Part shown: positions 49,557 to 61,323 of the stretch, piece by piece
Position numbering within the stretch: position 1 is the stretch's first letter
How the letters are laid out: the number at the start of each line of letters is the position of its first letter
From: Bilabrum cf. latius
Lineage: Eukaryota
Length of the DNA: 64,000 bases
NCBI GenBank assembly: GCA_965178125.1
Contig: OZ237755.1
Coordinates: 930,001-994,000 of the forward strand
Direction of reading: 5' to 3'
The notes under the pieces: model-generated
What the model was told of the DNA's origin: nothing
Seen by the model: the letters and a program-made list of their open reading frames with translations, nothing else
Database searches by the model: none
Position numbers and translations under genes: made by a program

Positions 49557-51056
49557 TTATGTCTTCAGCTTCTTCTTCTTCTTGCGCTCCTTGTACTGGT
49601 CCATCGCTGCCTGGGCCCGCTCCGTGTACGCCCGGGCGTCTGACTTCTGCTGCGAGACAGTCTTGGTTACCACCTGTACGACGTCTTCGTCACACAGTAG
49701 GTGCGAAGAGCCGCAGTGCTGCGGAGTATGGATCGCGCTCCTGCCCCAGACCATAGCGTAGTTGAAGTCCTGCACCAAGCTGGAGTGGATCTACGAGCAG
49801 AAATTCTCCACCGAGTAGCCCCCCCTAGCTTCCGTGAGCACCACAGGGTCGCCCAAATCGGGTGCGCTCCCTTTCTTCTTAGTGTACACACGCACCAGAC
49901 CTAGGTACTCCCACATGAGCTCCAGAAGCAAGTCCACGTTCAAGTCGAGCTGGCACGAGATGACAGTCGAGTGCGGCAACCTTGCCAACTTGTCGACATC
50001 CTCAATTGTCACTGTGTCTGCCTTGTTGTACACATAGAGGCAGCGTACATACTTGCGGTTGCCCTCGATCACGTCGATGAGCTAGTCGGTTGTCACCTCC
50101 TCGCGCATGAGCACGTCGCAGTTGTGCATCTTGTACTCCTGCAAGATGCCCTTCACAGTCCGCTCCGGGTCTTCCCCGAGGAAGCGCTAAGCCACCGTTG
50201 ACGTGAACTTTACCCCGCCAGTCGGTCTCTTGGTCAGCGTGATGTCAGGCGGGCGCTAGTTGAGCCGCAGCCCCACAGTCTCAAGCTCCTTCTCCAAGAT
50301 GGCGCGGTGGTTCTTGGCGCCCTCTTTGCCGGCGTCCAGCACCATCAGCACGAGGTCGGAGCTCTTTGCTACAGCAATCACCTCTCTTCCCCGTCCCCGA
50401 CCGTGAGCTGCGCCCTCGATGATTCCTGGCAGGTCAAGCAGCTGGATCTTGGTGCCCTTGTGGTGCACGTTCCCGGGGATGCACGTTAGCGTCGTAAACT
50501 CGTAGGATGCAGCCTCGCTCTTGGTCCCAGTTAAGTGAGACAGAAGGGTTGACTTGCCCACCGACGGAAACCTGTGGGTAGTGGGATAGGCTGCTTCCAC
50601 AGGAGCTTGGGCAAGTCAGGAAGAACGAAAACAGACAGTCGGCAAAAATAAGCAATCGAGCTTACCCAATCATTGCGACTCTTGCATCACCTGCGTGGTA
50701 AAGTCGGACGCATAAACAATAACAAACACCCGCATCGAGCCCGGTGCCAAGGGCACAGGTGCTACAGAGGCGACAAATGAACTTACCAGTCCTTGCAACA
50801 GCAAAGCCTTCGCCTTTACCCCCTGCCCCACCAGCTGCAGGATCGAGAAGTTCGGATCGCATTTTAGCCAGTTTTGCTTTTAGTCGCCCTAGATGGCTCT
50901 CGGTCGCCTTGTTCTTCTAAGTTCTACTGATTTCATGCTCTGCGAAGACAAGATGATCGACATCGAAGTACGCATACCTCAGCTACTATCACAGCAAATG
51001 ATACCTTGTGAAGCATTCCTCGCACCTATCTCTTTGATTTTATCGATAATTGGCAT
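49557..51056 (-). CDS. DRG2: Developmentally regulated GTP-binding protein (DRG2-like); introns 50940-51025, 50691-50786 and 50572-50665
   Basis: Motifs RT[TAG][34 protein letters not shown] and a TGS domain; TAA stop. Confidence 0.95.
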
Positions 51057-51558
51057 AACTTGAACAAGTTAGGGTCCACTGGGACCGTATTCGCGTGCCT
51101 GATTCTCTGGCTGATCTGATGAAGCGAACCTTCGGCGGCTGCCAGGAAGGATACGTTGGTGCCGGCCGCCAAACAAGAGCTTTCTTGCGTCATTCTGAGT
51201 GGATCTGCCAAGGATGAAGTCCTGCCGCTACTCATCAAAACATCCAACTAAGAGATGGGCTGGAGATACCCCAGAGGTGCAGCCTGCTAGTACGGCTGTG
51301 GAGCTGGCAGTTGTAGAAGGCATCAGATATGCAAACTATGCTGACTTCTTGCATGCAGCTGCTTTGCCGAAGCGATCAAAATGCAGTAGCTTTGGCACTA
51401 GCACAAGGGAACTGTCGTAGGATGGAGAAGAGGATCACAGGGTCGTACTGCTGCGGCATGGTGGCGTTGGACTCGCTTTTCGAGCCAAATACAGCTGATC
51501 AATTGATTGCGAAGTGCATGCGTATATAGGCCGTTATCATTGCAATCAAGCAGTGTGG

Positions 51559-52423
51559 TCATGATCTGGCATTTCTGGCCCGTTCGTGCTGTTCGCCCGC
51601 AGATTCCACAACAGCTAGAACAGCGTTCAGCGGCCGTCTACCGCCTGCTTTACCAAATCTTGAACGGTGCTGCGGCTCACTGCGCACTTGTTTTCCTGTT
51701 GAAGATACAAATCCGCCCCTGCACTTCCACCTTCCTGTCGAGCTCGTGACCGAACCACATCCTGGCATGCCCTGTGAACCGCACGCTGGTGGGTGCGAGA
51801 TCTTGTCGCACCTGGACGGCCGCAGACACTGCGCACAGTAACGAACACGACGGCTCTTGCTACTGCGCATTCCTTTTCTCGTGAGCTAAGCGCCATATCG
51901 TGGAGTTCCCGTTCCCCTTCCGGCAACTGGATTCGACGCATCCATGAGCGAATCTGAGGCAGCTATGTTGCGGTCATTGGTCCCACCGATGTGCCTGCAC
52001 CGGCAATGCATCGCCGAAGGGGTGCGCCTCCTGGACACTGATATGCCAGCGACTGCAACATTCGGTCCGCTCGCTTGCGGAGCGGCTCGGTCTCCCAGTG
52101 CTACGACGTGACGCGCTGCTGCCACCTTTTGCTGATGCAACAATGATTTTGTCGCTTCGGTAGCACGACTCGATATGGCTGCTGCAGCCTACAGAGCGTA
52201 TTTGTGGGATCGACCGACCCTCTCCATTTTCAATTCTCGCCTGCTCATGCAGCTGCTGACTTGCTGGGCTAATTCAGTGCCCATTCGGTATGCCATGGCA
52301 TGAGCCTGGATTTTGGCAACACCTTGTGATGCTTGAAGGGATTCCCTGGCCGCAATTCGTGAAATGTCAGAACCTCGCTCTCGTGCCTCCGAAACCCTGG
52401 CGCGTGCATCCATCATCCTCATC
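51559..52423 (-). CDS. Possible hypothetical protein
   Basis: One frame joined across two TAGs (52189 and 51886), ending in TGA. No recognisable motif. Confidence 0.3.
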
Positions 52424-52660
52424 CGACTACGTCCAGTGCGTCCGATTCCTCGTGAATATTTGCTTTGAAATAAAAATGGAAATACCGAAGACTGCTGTGC
52501 GCTCAATAGACAATGATATGCGTCAGACTTGGATATAGATGAAGCCTCAACGGCTCGGCGACATGATGAAGCCAAACCGGAACCATGCGACGGGTCGATC
52601 TTCTACTCCAATCGCCCTCATTTCTCCCTCCTGAACACCAATCCTGGCTCACACTCAGGA

Positions 52661-54403
52661 TTATACTGGTCCGCGCCCCGCCGTCGCACCGCCTCCCGCA
52701 CCGCCCCGTTGCGCGCTCCCAGGTAGCGACTACGTCCCTCCGGCAGCCACACCACCGGGATGCAATGGCCGCGGAGCGAACCCAAGAGTCTGTGGGCTTG
52801 CTATCCCGCCAAACTGTACATACTACTAAGCATACGGAGCCATGGGTGGCCTGCCGTTCGCAGGACTGCCGTATGGTACCCCGGACAAGGCAGGGTAGGC
52901 AGGGCGCGGAGGTTGGGCCCCAATCGGCCACTGTGCGTGCGGGACGCCAGGGGGCGGGGTGCCCTGCACGTGGCCTTGCCCGGGAGAGGCGCTCGCCGGT
53001 CCTCGCAGCATGCTCAACAAATGGGCGGCGCCGCGGCTTGCTCCTCCGGCGCCCGGCTGGCCAAGTGTCCGCGGGGGCGTCATTGTGCCTGGCAAACCAG
53101 CAGGCACTCGGGGTGTTGGACTCCGGAGCATGGCTATCTGGGCCAGCTACTAGGCCCTTGCAGACTGTCCTGTCACCTGCATATGAGAGATTCCAGCGGG
53201 CCCATGGCCTTGGCGCATCCTATCTGCAAGCTCGCGCTACCTGGCGAGGTCGGCTTGCTCCTGCCCCTGGCCGTGCAGGTGCTCACTTCTAGCGGCTGCT
53301 CTCTCCAACGCAGCGCGACGGGCCTCGGAGATTCCAGTGCCGGGGCTAGACCACGAATGCTATGCACCCTGCAGGGACGCATGGGAACTGGCAGGACTGT
53401 CCTTCCAGAGTGGAGCGGCCTCACCACTGAAAGCTCTGGTGTCTGGCAGCGCATCTGGCTGGGTGCCCCACCCAGTCGCCGTGTCTAGCTGCTCCGCGCC
53501 GAGGTCACTGCTGACAGGGGTGTCCGGAGACGAAGGTGCGCCACGCTCATGTTGCCTTGAGTGAACATTCTACCCGTCCTAGTCACCCCCTTCTTTGCCC
53601 TCGCCCTCGGTCTCTTCCGACATGACCAACCTGCCCAGCTTACTCACTGCAGAGCTCTCATCGTGCGCGCCAGCAGCCTGGTCAGCTGCATGCTCCGGGC
53701 GCTATCGACCAGTGCGTTGACTCTCTGCCTGTAGCCGAGCTTCAAAACGCTGGGTGGTGGCAGCAAACTCCTCGAGGGATACTCCACCGGCCTGCACTGC
53801 TGGGCCTGATAGACCAGCACCGGCCCACGCAGGCTCATCCGTCAAGCCTGTGGCACCTTCAGCCGATTCCCTACGCCATGATTCGGCCATTCGCAGCTAC
53901 ATTTGCACTACATCCAGGCCTTCAGCTCCTGACGCCACCTTGCCTGTATCATTACTGCCTGTATTCCCAGCCCCGAAAGTCTGTTCGTCAATATCCACCA
54001 TGTGGTCTCCGGCCCGTAGCCCCCCTCTGCTACCACTCTGTGTTACAGTGCGTGGCGTACCAGTCTATTTCCTTTTCTATCGGATCTTCTTTGGAAAACT
54101 GCGATCTGATAGGCCGTACTCAAGCACTCCATAGCGCCGCAGTGCACGTACAGGCCGCGACTCCCCCACTGGGATACCCTCAGGAAAAGACGACGCCAGT
54201 GTAAGCGATTTCAAGGATATAAGCTTATCCATTGTATATGATGGCTTCTAAGACTCCTGCTGAACTTGGACCTTCCGTCTTTGCTAGTCTCTTGCACCAG
54301 TCAATAGAGCACCAGATGCTCTTCGAACCTCAGCGCTACCACTCTTCGGCTTTTCTTGTTCATTTCCTTTCAGTATCCCCAGTAGTAGCTTGGAAGGGTC
54401 CAT
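52661..54403 (-). CDS. Intrinsically disordered protein with a YxxxxL-phi motif; candidate eIF4E-binding protein
   Basis: 580-codon frame from ATG54403 to TAA52661 broken only by TAGs. Contains YTMDKLI, DEQTFG and DEPAWA motifs and a Pro/Gln-rich tail. Confidence 0.65.
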
Positions 54404-55522
54404 GCGATCAAAACGATTAGCGAAGCACTCCCAATATACTGTGAACCTGATACCAGTAGCGATAGCAGGTCGATCTGTGCTTTCCAGCTTCTCCCCCGGT
54501 ACTCTTAAAAATTAGCTTGTAGAATCGAAGCTTGAACCTTTTATTCTCAGTCAAACTGATCGATGTTGAAACTTGAGGCAATCCAGACAGAGATTCCGAA
54601 AGCCCACGCTACAATCTAGAAATCAAGGCTGGTTGAACCAGCAGCATGAATCCAGCACGAAAATCCAAGGAAGGCGCTTCTTGTGGTTCACGACTTGCTA
54701 CTGCGGCGTGAACATGCAGCGGACTTATGCAGTGCTGCACGCAGCGTGTTGTCCATGAATCGCAAGGCCCACCGTACTCGAGGGAAGTGGACACCAGCTG
54801 GAAGGCGATTCCAGTTTGCGGTCCGACAGAGAGTTGGACGGCCTTAGGTTGGCTGCCAGCGTGGGTTCCGCCGGTACTGTCGATGTGAGTGCCGGTGCAA
54901 ACTTGGGTGCGTTTGCACAGCAGGCCTTCATCCTCCTACTAACTGCATGGAGCCAACCGCGCTCAGCAATGGGGGGTCGGCTGGGCCGTCGACACGGCCC
55001 GTGACGTTGATGGCACTGCCAGGGACAGGCAGGCTTGCTTGTCACAGCCAAGTGTGGGGGCATTGTGGCAGGCAGTTGCAGCACCAGTATCCCGTGGGAA
55101 TATATCTGTACCATAAAAAGTCTACATTCGTTCCGCTAGTGGGATATGACCAGCTGGATCTCCCACGATTCCCTCACCACCACGTTGTGTACTTGAAGCC
55201 ATGCCGGTGGAATCAAGCATAATATATCCTAACCCTACCCTGCTTACCAGTGGGCCAGCCTTCCCACATCACACTGACCACTGGCAGTGTGTGCACCGGC
55301 ATCAAGCTGAGCTGCCACAGCCTGCTGAGCAAGCTACGGCATTGCCCATCGCACTAATCACATCATGATTGTCACATGCCACTGGCAGTGGCGGGGCTGG
55401 CTGCTTCTGTGTGCCACTGGCGTGTTGCGCAGTTGCTTTCGTATACACGTTTTCAATTGCCATAGCATCCCCCAAGGCGTTGGAAGTACTTTCCTGCCAC
55501 GCTGCCACATCGATTGCCAGTA

Positions 55523-56836
55523 ATGGCGGCGGTGAACCATGGTCGCACGGGGTCTCGAAGTTCGGAGCCGTCAGCAGGCTCAGCAGGCCAAATAATTCTT
55601 GCTACCGCCTCATACGATGGCACTATTAGACTGTGGGAGGCTTTGCGGGGCATCTGTTGGAAGGTAGTTTCACTACAAGACAAAGTGCAAGTCAACAAAT
55701 TAGCTATAACCCCGAACAAGAAATATATTGCCGGTGCGTGCACCCAAAAGATAAGATTATGGGACATTTCAGCTTCTAAGAATGAGCCGATGTGCTCATA
55801 CGAGGGACACGTTGGAAATGTTACAGCTGTTGGGTTCCAGAGAGTTGGGAGGTGGATGTACTCGGCAGGTGAGGACGGGTCCATTCGAGTTTGGGATCTG
55901 CGAGCTCCCAAATGTCAGATGTGCTTCTGGAATGAAACTGCCACGGGTGCGGTTGGTACAAGAGGCGGGCCAGAGCCAACCACATTTGGTGGCGGTGCAC
56001 CGGCAGCAGCAGCGCGAGTGGCTGAGGAAGCCGCGAGCTCGGACAAGACAACGGATGCCAAGAATGCAGCTGGAGCTCCCTATCATTACGGCGGAGGTCA
56101 ATGTCGGGTGTATTGCGCAGAACTACATCCAAACCAAGGGGAAATCGCTAGCGGTGATGCTGGAGGCAGCGTCAGAGTGTGGGACCTGGTGGCGAGCAAG
56201 TGCAGGGCCGAGCTGAGGCCTGACAAGGGGACGCCAGTAGCTTCCCTCGCGTACGCACGAGACGCTTCCCTGCTTGTTGCCGGTTGTTTTGATGGTACAG
56301 TGTACGCTTGGCAGCCGCCGGAGGGATCCAAGCATAGCCAAGTGCCAGAGGAGGCGGAGGCCTCCCGAGCCGGAGATGCTGCCGCCAGCCGCGGCGGGGC
56401 AGATACTGACAGGGGGGCCTCTCTGGAAGCCACTCCTCCGGGAGCACCAAGCAGTCCGCATCTCAGTGGAGCCGGTGGGGGCATGACGGATGGGGCGGGA
56501 GGCTACACTCCCGTGAAGAGGCTGCGGGCCCACCGTTCGTACGTGCTAGGTGCCAAGGTGTCGCCCCACATGCGACTCGCAGCCACTGCTTCTGCTGATC
56601 GAACTGTGCGGCTTTGGTCACTTCCAGACTGGACTAGAGTCACAACGCTGACTGGTCATAGTAAATGGGTGTGGGACGTAGTATTCAGCGCGGATAGCCA
56701 GTACTTGGTCACTGCCTCGAGTGACGGACAGGCCAGGCTGTGGGACTCAAGCGGAGACACCATTGCCACGTACGTTGGGCACGAGCGGGCGGTCTGCTGC
56801 GTCGCAATGCACGATGCGGATGCGACTTCTGATTAA
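55523..56836 (+). CDS. LST8: TOR complex subunit LST8 (WD40)
   Basis: Motifs ILATASYD, HPNQGEI, ATASADRTV, GHSKWVWD..FSADSQYLVTASSD; TAA stop. Confidence 0.92.
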   Translation: MAAVNHGRTGSRSSEPSAGSAGQIILATASYDGTIRLWEALRGICWKVVSLQDKVQVNKLAITPNKKYIAGACTQKIRLWDISASKNEPMCSYEGHVGNVTAVGFQRVGRWMYSAGEDGSIRVWDLRAPKCQMCFWNETATGAVGTRGGPEPTTFGGGAPAAAARVAEEAASSDKTTDAKNAAGAPYHYGGGQCRVYCAELHPNQGEIASGDAGGSVRVWDLVASKCRAELRPDKGTPVASLAYARDASLLVAGCFDGTVYAWQPPEGSKHSQVPEEAEASRAGDAAASRGGADTDRGASLEATPPGAPSSPHLSGAGGGMTDGAGGYTPVKRLRAHRSYVLGAKVSPHMRLAATASADRTVRLWSLPDWTRVTTLTGHSKWVWDVVFSADSQYLVTASSDGQARLWDSSGDTIATYVGHERAVCCVAMHDADATSD

Positions 56837-56892
56837 TTCGGTTGCATGAGCAGGCCTACGCCCTTCGCTGGAACTGCGAACGGTAACTAGTA

Positions 56893-57324
56893 TCAAGATG
56901 ATCTGTCTCCACTGCTGGCTGCAAGCAGAGCATCCTGGGCACGGGCCTCGTCTCGTTTTCGTCTTGCCTCGGCAGCCTTAGCCCCAGTCTTAACCTCTAA
57001 ATCACGAGATTTTGTTTCAAGGAGCATCAGCCGGTCAATTGCTCGCTTCACTCTCCGGTCGATCGCTTGCAGTCTCTTGCAGTACACCGGAACCAGCCCT
57101 AGTATTCGTTTGGACTCTAGCAATGCGTCCAGCTGTTCTCCTGATTCGAACCGCTTTGCCTGGGACAATTCTCGCTGGGACGCCTAGAGCAATCGTACTT
57201 GCGCCGCGACGACATCCTCCAGGCGAGCACTGTTGTCATCAAGCACTGGAACTATCCAGGTCAACACGGACTCGCGCGCATCTTTTGCAACCTACACAAG
57301 CGCCTCCCTTTGCTAACCAGACAT
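56893..57324 (-). CDS. Snapin/BLOC-1-like small coiled-coil protein
   Basis: IVPVLDDNSARLEDVVAAQVRL and LVPVYCKRL..IDRRV resemble Snapin. Three TAGs; TGA stop. Confidence 0.6.
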
Positions 57325-57479
57325 GAGGAACTCTTATGAAATGAAGAAAATGGGTACTAGGAGCTGAGAGCTTCTCAGTGCTTCGGTTGCAGTTCACGTC
57401 CAATGGTAACGAGCACTTCCATAGCCAAATCGGACTGGCGAACACAAACGCTGCGACACCACAGCAGAACATTAGCAAC

Positions 57480-58155
57480 ATGGTGAGACATGGTGTATGC
57501 GTCTGTGTCATTTATATTCTAATTTACTTGTGCTACGGGGCTGATTTAGTCTGATGATTTGCGTGCTCAGATGATACAGTTCCCTTCTACTCTTGCACTA
57601 GCAACCTCGCAGCCGAAGGACGCCAGCAAGAAGGTAAAAAAGGAGAAGAAGGAGAAGAAGGAGAAGAAATCCAAGAAAACTAAGGAGACTTCGTCTTCTT
57701 CGGGTGCTGCCACTGGAGGTGCCGCAATGGAATCCATCCCTGCTCCGCCATCTGCAACTGAGCGAAGGGACTTGCCTCCTGGTGTATCACCGAAGGCATT
57801 TCCCCTCGCTGATGCGGATTTGACGACCAAACTATTGGATCTTGTTGCATAGGCTGCCTAGCTTCGACTGTTGAAGAAGGGAGCAAACGAGGCAACGAAG
57901 ACATTGAACCGAGGCATCACCGAGTTCATCGTCTGTGCTGGAGACGCTGAGCCTATCGAGATTTTGATGCATTTGCCGCTTTTGTGCGAAGACAAGAACG
58001 TGCCGTACGTGTTCGTTCCCTCAAAGGTAGCTTTGGGCCGAGCATGCGGTGTGTCGAGGTCCGTCATCTCGTGCTCCGTTCTGCAGCAGGAGGGAAGTGC
58101 ACTCAAGACTCAAATAGAGGCAGCTAAGGTGGCGATTGATAAGCTTCTTATGTGA
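57480..58155 (+). CDS. SNU13: Snu13/15.5K (L7Ae family) with an N-terminal KKE extension; probable intron 57483-57612 directly after the ATG
   Basis: [14 protein letters not shown][TAG]AA[TAG]..[33 protein letters not shown]. Confidence 0.93.
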
Positions 58156-58264
58156 CTGTATGGATAAATGCCGAATCATTGATACTGTTCAGTTGTTAGT
58201 GCCACTACCGGCCGTGAAATGCACTTAGTCCCCACCAGATAGCCTGTGCTCCGCACGACCCCGC

Positions 58265-58790
58265 TTAATCGCCACCCCCAACCAGCTTCTACTTTGCCTC
58301 ATTTATCTTCGATGCCAAAAATGTCGAGCCGCCGCGATCTGGATGATTAATTATAAGCAGCTTCTTGTGACGCTTGTTGATTCTCTCCGGGTCCGTATAC
58401 TCGCGAACTCCTAGAATCTTGGCCGCTTCACTTCGTGACATTTCATCTTCGAATGGGCCCTTATAATACCCTGCCACGGCGGCTCCTCCGACTGGCCCAG
58501 GAGCGCTCACCCAACTGCAGTGGTGCAAGGACAAGGCTACACTGCTGAAAAGTGCCCTGCTAGTAGGCTGCCGGACAAAATTACTATTAGCCTCACTTAT
58601 TATAGGCCTCAAGGCCATATCGAGCCGCGATTGCGGCACCTCCCACAGCTAAGCCTCCAGCAAGAAGCAAAGTGGCGCTGTCTGCTTTCGCTGAAACATG
58701 CAGTTGCCGGTCAATTTGCCCACGTTTCAGCCCTTTGAGACATGTTGATACTAGCTATTTGGCTACACGAGAAAAACGCGCCTTCTGCAT
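58265..58790 (-). CDS. PAM18: Mitochondrial import motor J-protein Pam18/Tim14 (DNAJC19); one intron near 58515-58597
   Basis: TM segment LLAGGLAVGGAAIAARYG, then YYKGPFE..M..SEA..ILG and NHPDRGGSTFLASKINEAK. Continues [TAG]KLVGGGD-TAA. Confidence 0.9.
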
Positions 58791-58851
58791 GTACTTTTTG
58801 TCCCAGTACGAGTGCACTATTACGCGAATACACCGAAACCGCATAGGTTCC

Positions 58852-61100
58852 GTCAGGGGGCTCATTACCGGAATAAAAATCGCCGATTGGGCCTATTTTC
58901 AGGGGCCGTGTTCCAACCATTGAAAACCATTAAAGAGAATAATAACTAATGTAATATGATATTTACTTCATTAATAGTATTTTGTGCAAATTTCAAGTCT
59001 GCAACGTACTTATTGACGAAGATACAGGGGGTGCAGTTCAAGCTGTCGGCCACCGAGCACGGGATTCACGAAATTCGCCCCGGCAGGTCGCATAGGAGGA
59101 TATATTTCAGATAGCGTTCATGCTTTCATTCCTCGATGAATCGGCATGATCTTCTCTCTCACACTAAATCTATTTATAATTATACTAATGGCGGTCTGAA
59201 ATTGCACGAATTGCAGTTATTGATGCCTGGGTTTGGTGAAGAGCGTGGGCGGGCCGCTGTGAGCAATTTTCGAGGCACCTGCATCCTATTTCCTGTGCAC
59301 CCATTGGCCTCATCAGGCGGCTACAGTATGTTATCCGTACAAAAGAGCATTGTAGATCCACACGTGCTTGCTGCTCGCAACCACGAGCCTGGTGCCTCCC
59401 GGTTTCTGCCAGAGGGCTGCATGGTCTGGTTGTAGTTTTTTCTGCCTGCAATGCGTGTTCGGCATACCTGCTGGTTAATACTCTCAATTTTGTGATATTT
59501 ATATATGAAGTATTAACGATGAGCTTTATGGGCATGTGGATCCAGTTATTCGTCTGATGCAGCGTGACTGGCAAGCAACTTGCACTGTCCAAAGATAGTG
59601 TGCATACATCCTTTACATGAGACCTAAGATGAATTTCCGTAGCAGTAATCTAATGCAAAGGACCTTGTTGAACTGCTGCGGTTGCACAGTGCATGTTCTA
59701 GTTTCCTCCGACTCTACATGAGGGCCCTAGTTTGCCTCGACCCCAGGCTGAATACAGCTGCGTCCCAGCTGCCACAACGGCCCATATTAACTTACAACAC
59801 CTAGCAGGCCCCACAGACATCATCTGTTACTATTTAAGACTGCAAGTAGCTACTTTAGCCTGTTTATTGCTAATTGAGAGCTTGCAGCCCCCCGCGCAGT
59901 TGCTAGCAGGCTTGGCACGTCCGCCTCCTTCTCAGGGTTGCACGACCATTTCATGGGACGATCAACAGACGACAACCCCTCTAATTCAGCAATACTATGG
60001 CTTCAACCATCTGGTAAGGCGGGACTATCAGAACCGTACTATATCTGATGCATGGACCTGCCCCCCAAGGTGCCCCCCGCGACGTGTCACAGCTCTTCCG
60101 TGTGGTTGGGCCTCCTATGCTATACTGAGATTTGGACCGGTGCTCTCAACACTTAACACCATAAAATGTCATCAGCGTTCCTCTGCTAGCCACGCGATCC
60201 ATAGCCTTGCCTTTTGGTCTGAACAGTGGTGGTGTCATGAGCAGTAGCTGCCTGAGCCCGCAGTTGCCGAGCCCCTGCCGTGCAGCCTCATACACCAAAG
60301 CCGCAAAGACAGTCATGCTCAAATGGCAGTAAATATGTCAAAGAGGTTGTGGTTACGCTACCGGGGCATACACAGGGCTGTGGGTCGTGGGGCTTGCCAT
60401 GCTCCAATTCCCTTCCACAACTGCTCAACCCTCCGCCAAGTCCGTGGCAACCTTGCTTGACATCTCCTGACCGCACTCACTGCATGCTTACGCCAATATG
60501 AGTATTATATGTGTTGCAGGCTTTGCTTCAGCCGTTATGCTTCAAATAAGCCCGGAGGCTGACGCAACAAGCGAACCACTGGTCGATAGCTTACCAGGGT
60601 GCCAGTGCCAGAAAAAGTATGCTGCACATGCTCATACCCCGCAAGACTAATAAGTACTTAATGAAAATTGATACCATAAGGTTCAATTCGCCCAGGACAT
60701 GTGCCTTGCTATAGCGAGGTTTTGCAACTCTTGTCCAGCCTTGCCTGCTCAGGAAATACGGTACTTATGGAATATCAATGGGTTGACGGATACCACGACA
60801 AGCCAGAATCTATGTATATTTACCCATAAAGCTGCTTGAATTATCGAAATGAGCTCAATTGACACGTTGAAGGTGACCGACGCTTGGCTACGAAGCAGCA
60901 CCAAAAGTTAGCCTCGCCTTACCGTAAATTTACAAAGTCAAACGAATATTAACACCCATTAAATGAGATCAAGCTCATTAATATTCAGCTACGATTAATT
61001 ATAGCATGTTTTAATGATGCCAGGAGTAATGAAGAGCCGGTAAAGGGCAGTCCGTTTATGCTGCCTGCTCGCCCGAGATTCCGGTAATGAGCCCCCTGAC
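58852..61100. mobile_element. Unclassified non-autonomous TIR element, 2249 bp, with a 6-bp TSD
   Basis: Perfect 23-bp TIRs GTCAGGGGGCTCATTACCGGAAT at 58852-58874 and 61078-61100. Flanking direct repeat GGTTCC at 58846-58851 and 61101-61106. Interior is AT-richer with no recognisable ORF. Confidence 0.82.
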
Positions 61101-61323
61101 GGTTCCGCAAGTAATGGTGCTGTGCCGCCGCGCGAAATGCAGGGTCAACAAATTGTGCTACATTGAGCCGGCTGCTCTTCTCAGTGTGCCCCTTTCACTG
61201 CGGCAGAGCCTACCAAGTCTCTTTATCTTGTTGGTTAGAGCCCCTCAAATCATCTCCATTTGTTTTCTACCCAGATTGCGTCCAGAAACCGGGAAGTCTA
61301 CAGCAGCCTGACAAACCAGCAGT

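Noticed and set aside
55228-55241. CCTAACCCTACCCT telomere-like or telomerase-template motif
   Set aside because: Under two imperfect units with no supporting structure.
54450-55500. Possible small gene between the 4E-binding candidate and LST8
   Set aside because: Frames are short or motif-free even with TAG readthrough; unsupported.
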